From positions 1 to 32,000 of the forward strand of contig DASRFG010000001.1 in NCBI GenBank assembly GCA_035651655.1: DNA of 32,000 nucleotides. Direction: 5' to 3'. The notes beneath the pieces were generated by a model. That model saw only the letters and a program-made list of their open reading frames with translations. It searched no databases and was not told the DNA's origin. How positions within the stretch are numbered: the first letter of the stretch is position 1; each line of letters begins with the position of its first letter. A program made the translations under genes and the position numbers. Shown here piece by piece: positions 30,454-32,000 of this stretch. Source of the stretch: Terriglobales bacterium. Lineage in GTDB: Bacteria; Acidobacteriota; Terriglobia; Terriglobales; Acidobacteriaceae.

Positions 30454-31299
30454 ATGATACGCGCGTCGGCGATTCTCGGCCCGGGAGCAAAGAAAAGCGA
30501 TCTCGCGCAATTCCGCGGACCTGAAATCCAATTTACTGACGAACTGAAACAAGCCGACGCGGTGGTGGTACTCGGGGGCGATGGCACGGTTCACCGGCAT
30601 CTGCCCGTGCTGGTCGAGGCGCAACGACCGGTGCTGGTTGTGCCGCATGGCAGCGGGAACGATTTTGCGCGCGCCCTCGGGATAGGCAGTCCACGGCAGG
30701 CGCTGGCAGTCTGGTCAGCATTTCAAGGAAATAAGGCGCGAGTACGGCGAGTTGATTTGGGTCAAATCCGCAGCGCAGATGACAAGCTTACGTACTTTTG
30801 TTGCGCAGGAGGCGCAGGGATTGACGCCCAGGCAGCACGACGTGCGAGCCTTCTGCCGGCTTGGTTGCGCGGCTCCGGCGGTTATGCCTTGAGTCTGGCA
30901 TGGTCGTTGCTGAGCTTCGCTCCGGCAGAGATGACTGTGTCATCCGCCGAAGACGGCGCCGCTTTGGTAGAGCGCGTTTCGGAGTTAGGTTATCTGGTGG
31001 CCTTCGCCAATGCGCCTGCATACGGCCACGGAATGCGCATTGCCCCCCACGCCAGCATGGAAGACGGCCGGTTGGACATTTGTTTTGTGCGTGGAACGAG
31101 CAAGCTCCGCCTCATGAAACTGTTTCCTCGCGTTTATTGGGGCAATCATCTGCGGCTTCGCGAGATCGAATATTTCCAGACTGAACGGGCGCGGATTGAG
31201 AGCAAGGTTCCTCTGGAAGTCCACGCTGACGGCGAGTTCGTCTCGGGCACGCCCATTGAGGTCAGCGTCGTGCCAAGGGCGTTGCCGGTGATCGGATAA
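30454..31299 (+). CDS. Diacylglycerol kinase catalytic-domain family lipid kinase (YegS/BmrU-like)
   Basis: VVVLGGDGTVHR and PHGSGNDFARALGI are present. I chose the ATG at 30454 because the longer ORF from 30310 overlaps tyrS. Confidence 0.8.
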   Translation: MIRASAILGPGAKKSDLAQFRGPEIQFTDELKQADAVVVLGGDGTVHRHLPVLVEAQRPVLVVPHGSGNDFARALGIGSPRQALAVWSAFQGNKARVRRVDLGQIRSADDKLTYFCCAGGAGIDAQAARRASLLPAWLRGSGGYALSLAWSLLSFAPAEMTVSSAEDGAALVERVSELGYLVAFANAPAYGHGMRIAPHASMEDGRLDICFVRGTSKLRLMKLFPRVYWGNHLRLREIEYFQTERARIESKVPLEVHADGEFVSGTPIEVSVVPRALPVIG

Positions 31300-31376
31300 G
31301 GAACGGATCGGCGCGACCTCACGGATGGCGATGCTCTTCTTTTGCCAGCACTTAGTGTTAAACTACGGGCTTCCTT

Positions 31377-32000
31377 ATGGGGGACGTTCCGCAAACACCG
31401 CAAGCTCCACCGCCGGCGACTCCACCAAGCCAATCTCCTATCTATCAATCTTCGCCAGTTCCGGGAGGATACGAGCAGAAGCCTCCACGGCGCTCGCGCA
31501 CCTGGTTGTGGATTGTGATTGGCGGCGCCGCCTTTTTCCTCTTCGTTTTGGCGGTATTTGGCGTGGTGTACGTGACCATGCGCAGTGGCACTTCTCAGGC
31601 CACCACCTTTAGCGGTTTCGGAGACAAGATTGGGGTGGTGGACCTGGAGGGTGTGATTGTCACCCCAGAAATCGTAGTCCGGCAGCTCAAGCAGTTCGGC
31701 GACGACAGTTCGATCAAAGCCATCATCCTGCACGTGAATACGCCGGGTGGTGGGGTGGCTGCCACAGAAGAGATCTATCGCGAAGTGCAGCGCATTGAGC
31801 GCGACAAGAAAAAGAAGGTGATCGCTTCTGTAGAGACCGTCGGTGCCAGCGGTGGCTATTACGTTTCCTCGGCTTGCAATAAGATCTTCGCCAACAACGG
31901 CAGCATTGTGGGCAGCATCGGCGTAATTGCTGAGTGGGTCAATTATGGCGACCTTCTGCGCTGGGCCAAGCTGAAGGACGTCACCCTCAAAGCCGGCGCG
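31377..32000 (+). CDS. sppA: Signal peptide peptidase SppA (36K type), 3' partial; runs off the right edge
   Basis: I translated this by hand because it is absent from the ORF track: a Pro-rich N-terminus, a TM (WLWIVIGGAAFFLFVLAVFGVV), then IGVVDLEGVI, IKAIILHVNTPGGGV and ASGGYYVSSAC. There is an in-frame stop at 31359-31361 and the frame stays open to nt 32000. Confidence 0.8.
   Translation, partial: MGDVPQTPQAPPPATPPSQSPIYQSSPVPGGYEQKPPRRSRTWLWIVIGGAAFFLFVLAVFGVVYVTMRSGTSQATTFSGFGDKIGVVDLEGVIVTPEIVVRQLKQFGDDSSIKAIILHVNTPGGGVAATEEIYREVQRIERDKKKKVIASVETVGASGGYYVSSACNKIFANNGSIVGSIGVIAEWVNYGDLLRWAKLKDVTLKAGA

Noticed and set aside
31146-31733. 195-aa minus-strand ORF, and the 95-aa plus-strand ORF at 31325
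   Set aside because: Both overlap the hand-translated sppA frame (31377 onwards), which has clear SppA motifs. The alternatives are Arg/Trp-rich with no motifs.

Overview
This is a GC-rich, tightly packed bacterial chromosomal window made up almost entirely of housekeeping genes. The protein sequences and the short intergenic stutter motifs remind me of Acidobacteriota, but I cannot verify that from sequence alone. Left to right: (1) a 5'-truncated IS1-like DDE transposase, a small zinc-ribbon ORF, and about 920 nt with no credible ORF that holds a degenerate ~165-nt tandem duplication; (2) a translationally coupled nucleoside-salvage operon of signal-peptide ADA2/ADGF-like adenosine deaminase, cdd, thymidine phosphorylase, nupC and purine nucleoside phosphorylase, with a convergent signal-peptide-bearing DUF62 SAM hydroxide adenosyltransferase; (3) a MerT-like membrane protein, a PPOX-family protein and a GNAT, separated by palindromic REP-like elements; (4) a short-form sucA, serS, a PafA-like exported phosphatase overlapping pyrD, and a small membrane/MBL-hydrolase block; (5) hbd; (6) an F1Fo ATP synthase operon b'-b-delta-alpha-gamma-beta-epsilon with no a or c genes; (7) hfq-hflX, a PuuD-N-like membrane protein, tyrS, a DAG-kinase-family lipid kinase and the start of sppA. 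I found no tRNA, rRNA, CRISPR array or recognisable multi-gene defence or mobile system. I see no convincing novel multi-gene system here. The most interesting leads are the exported DUF62 enzyme beside the exported-ADA nucleoside operon, the ORF-free repeat region at 783-1705, the tandem-motif spacers in front of atpA and atpD, the two insertions in the ATP synthase gamma subunit, and several families of small intergenic palindromes and stutter repeats.
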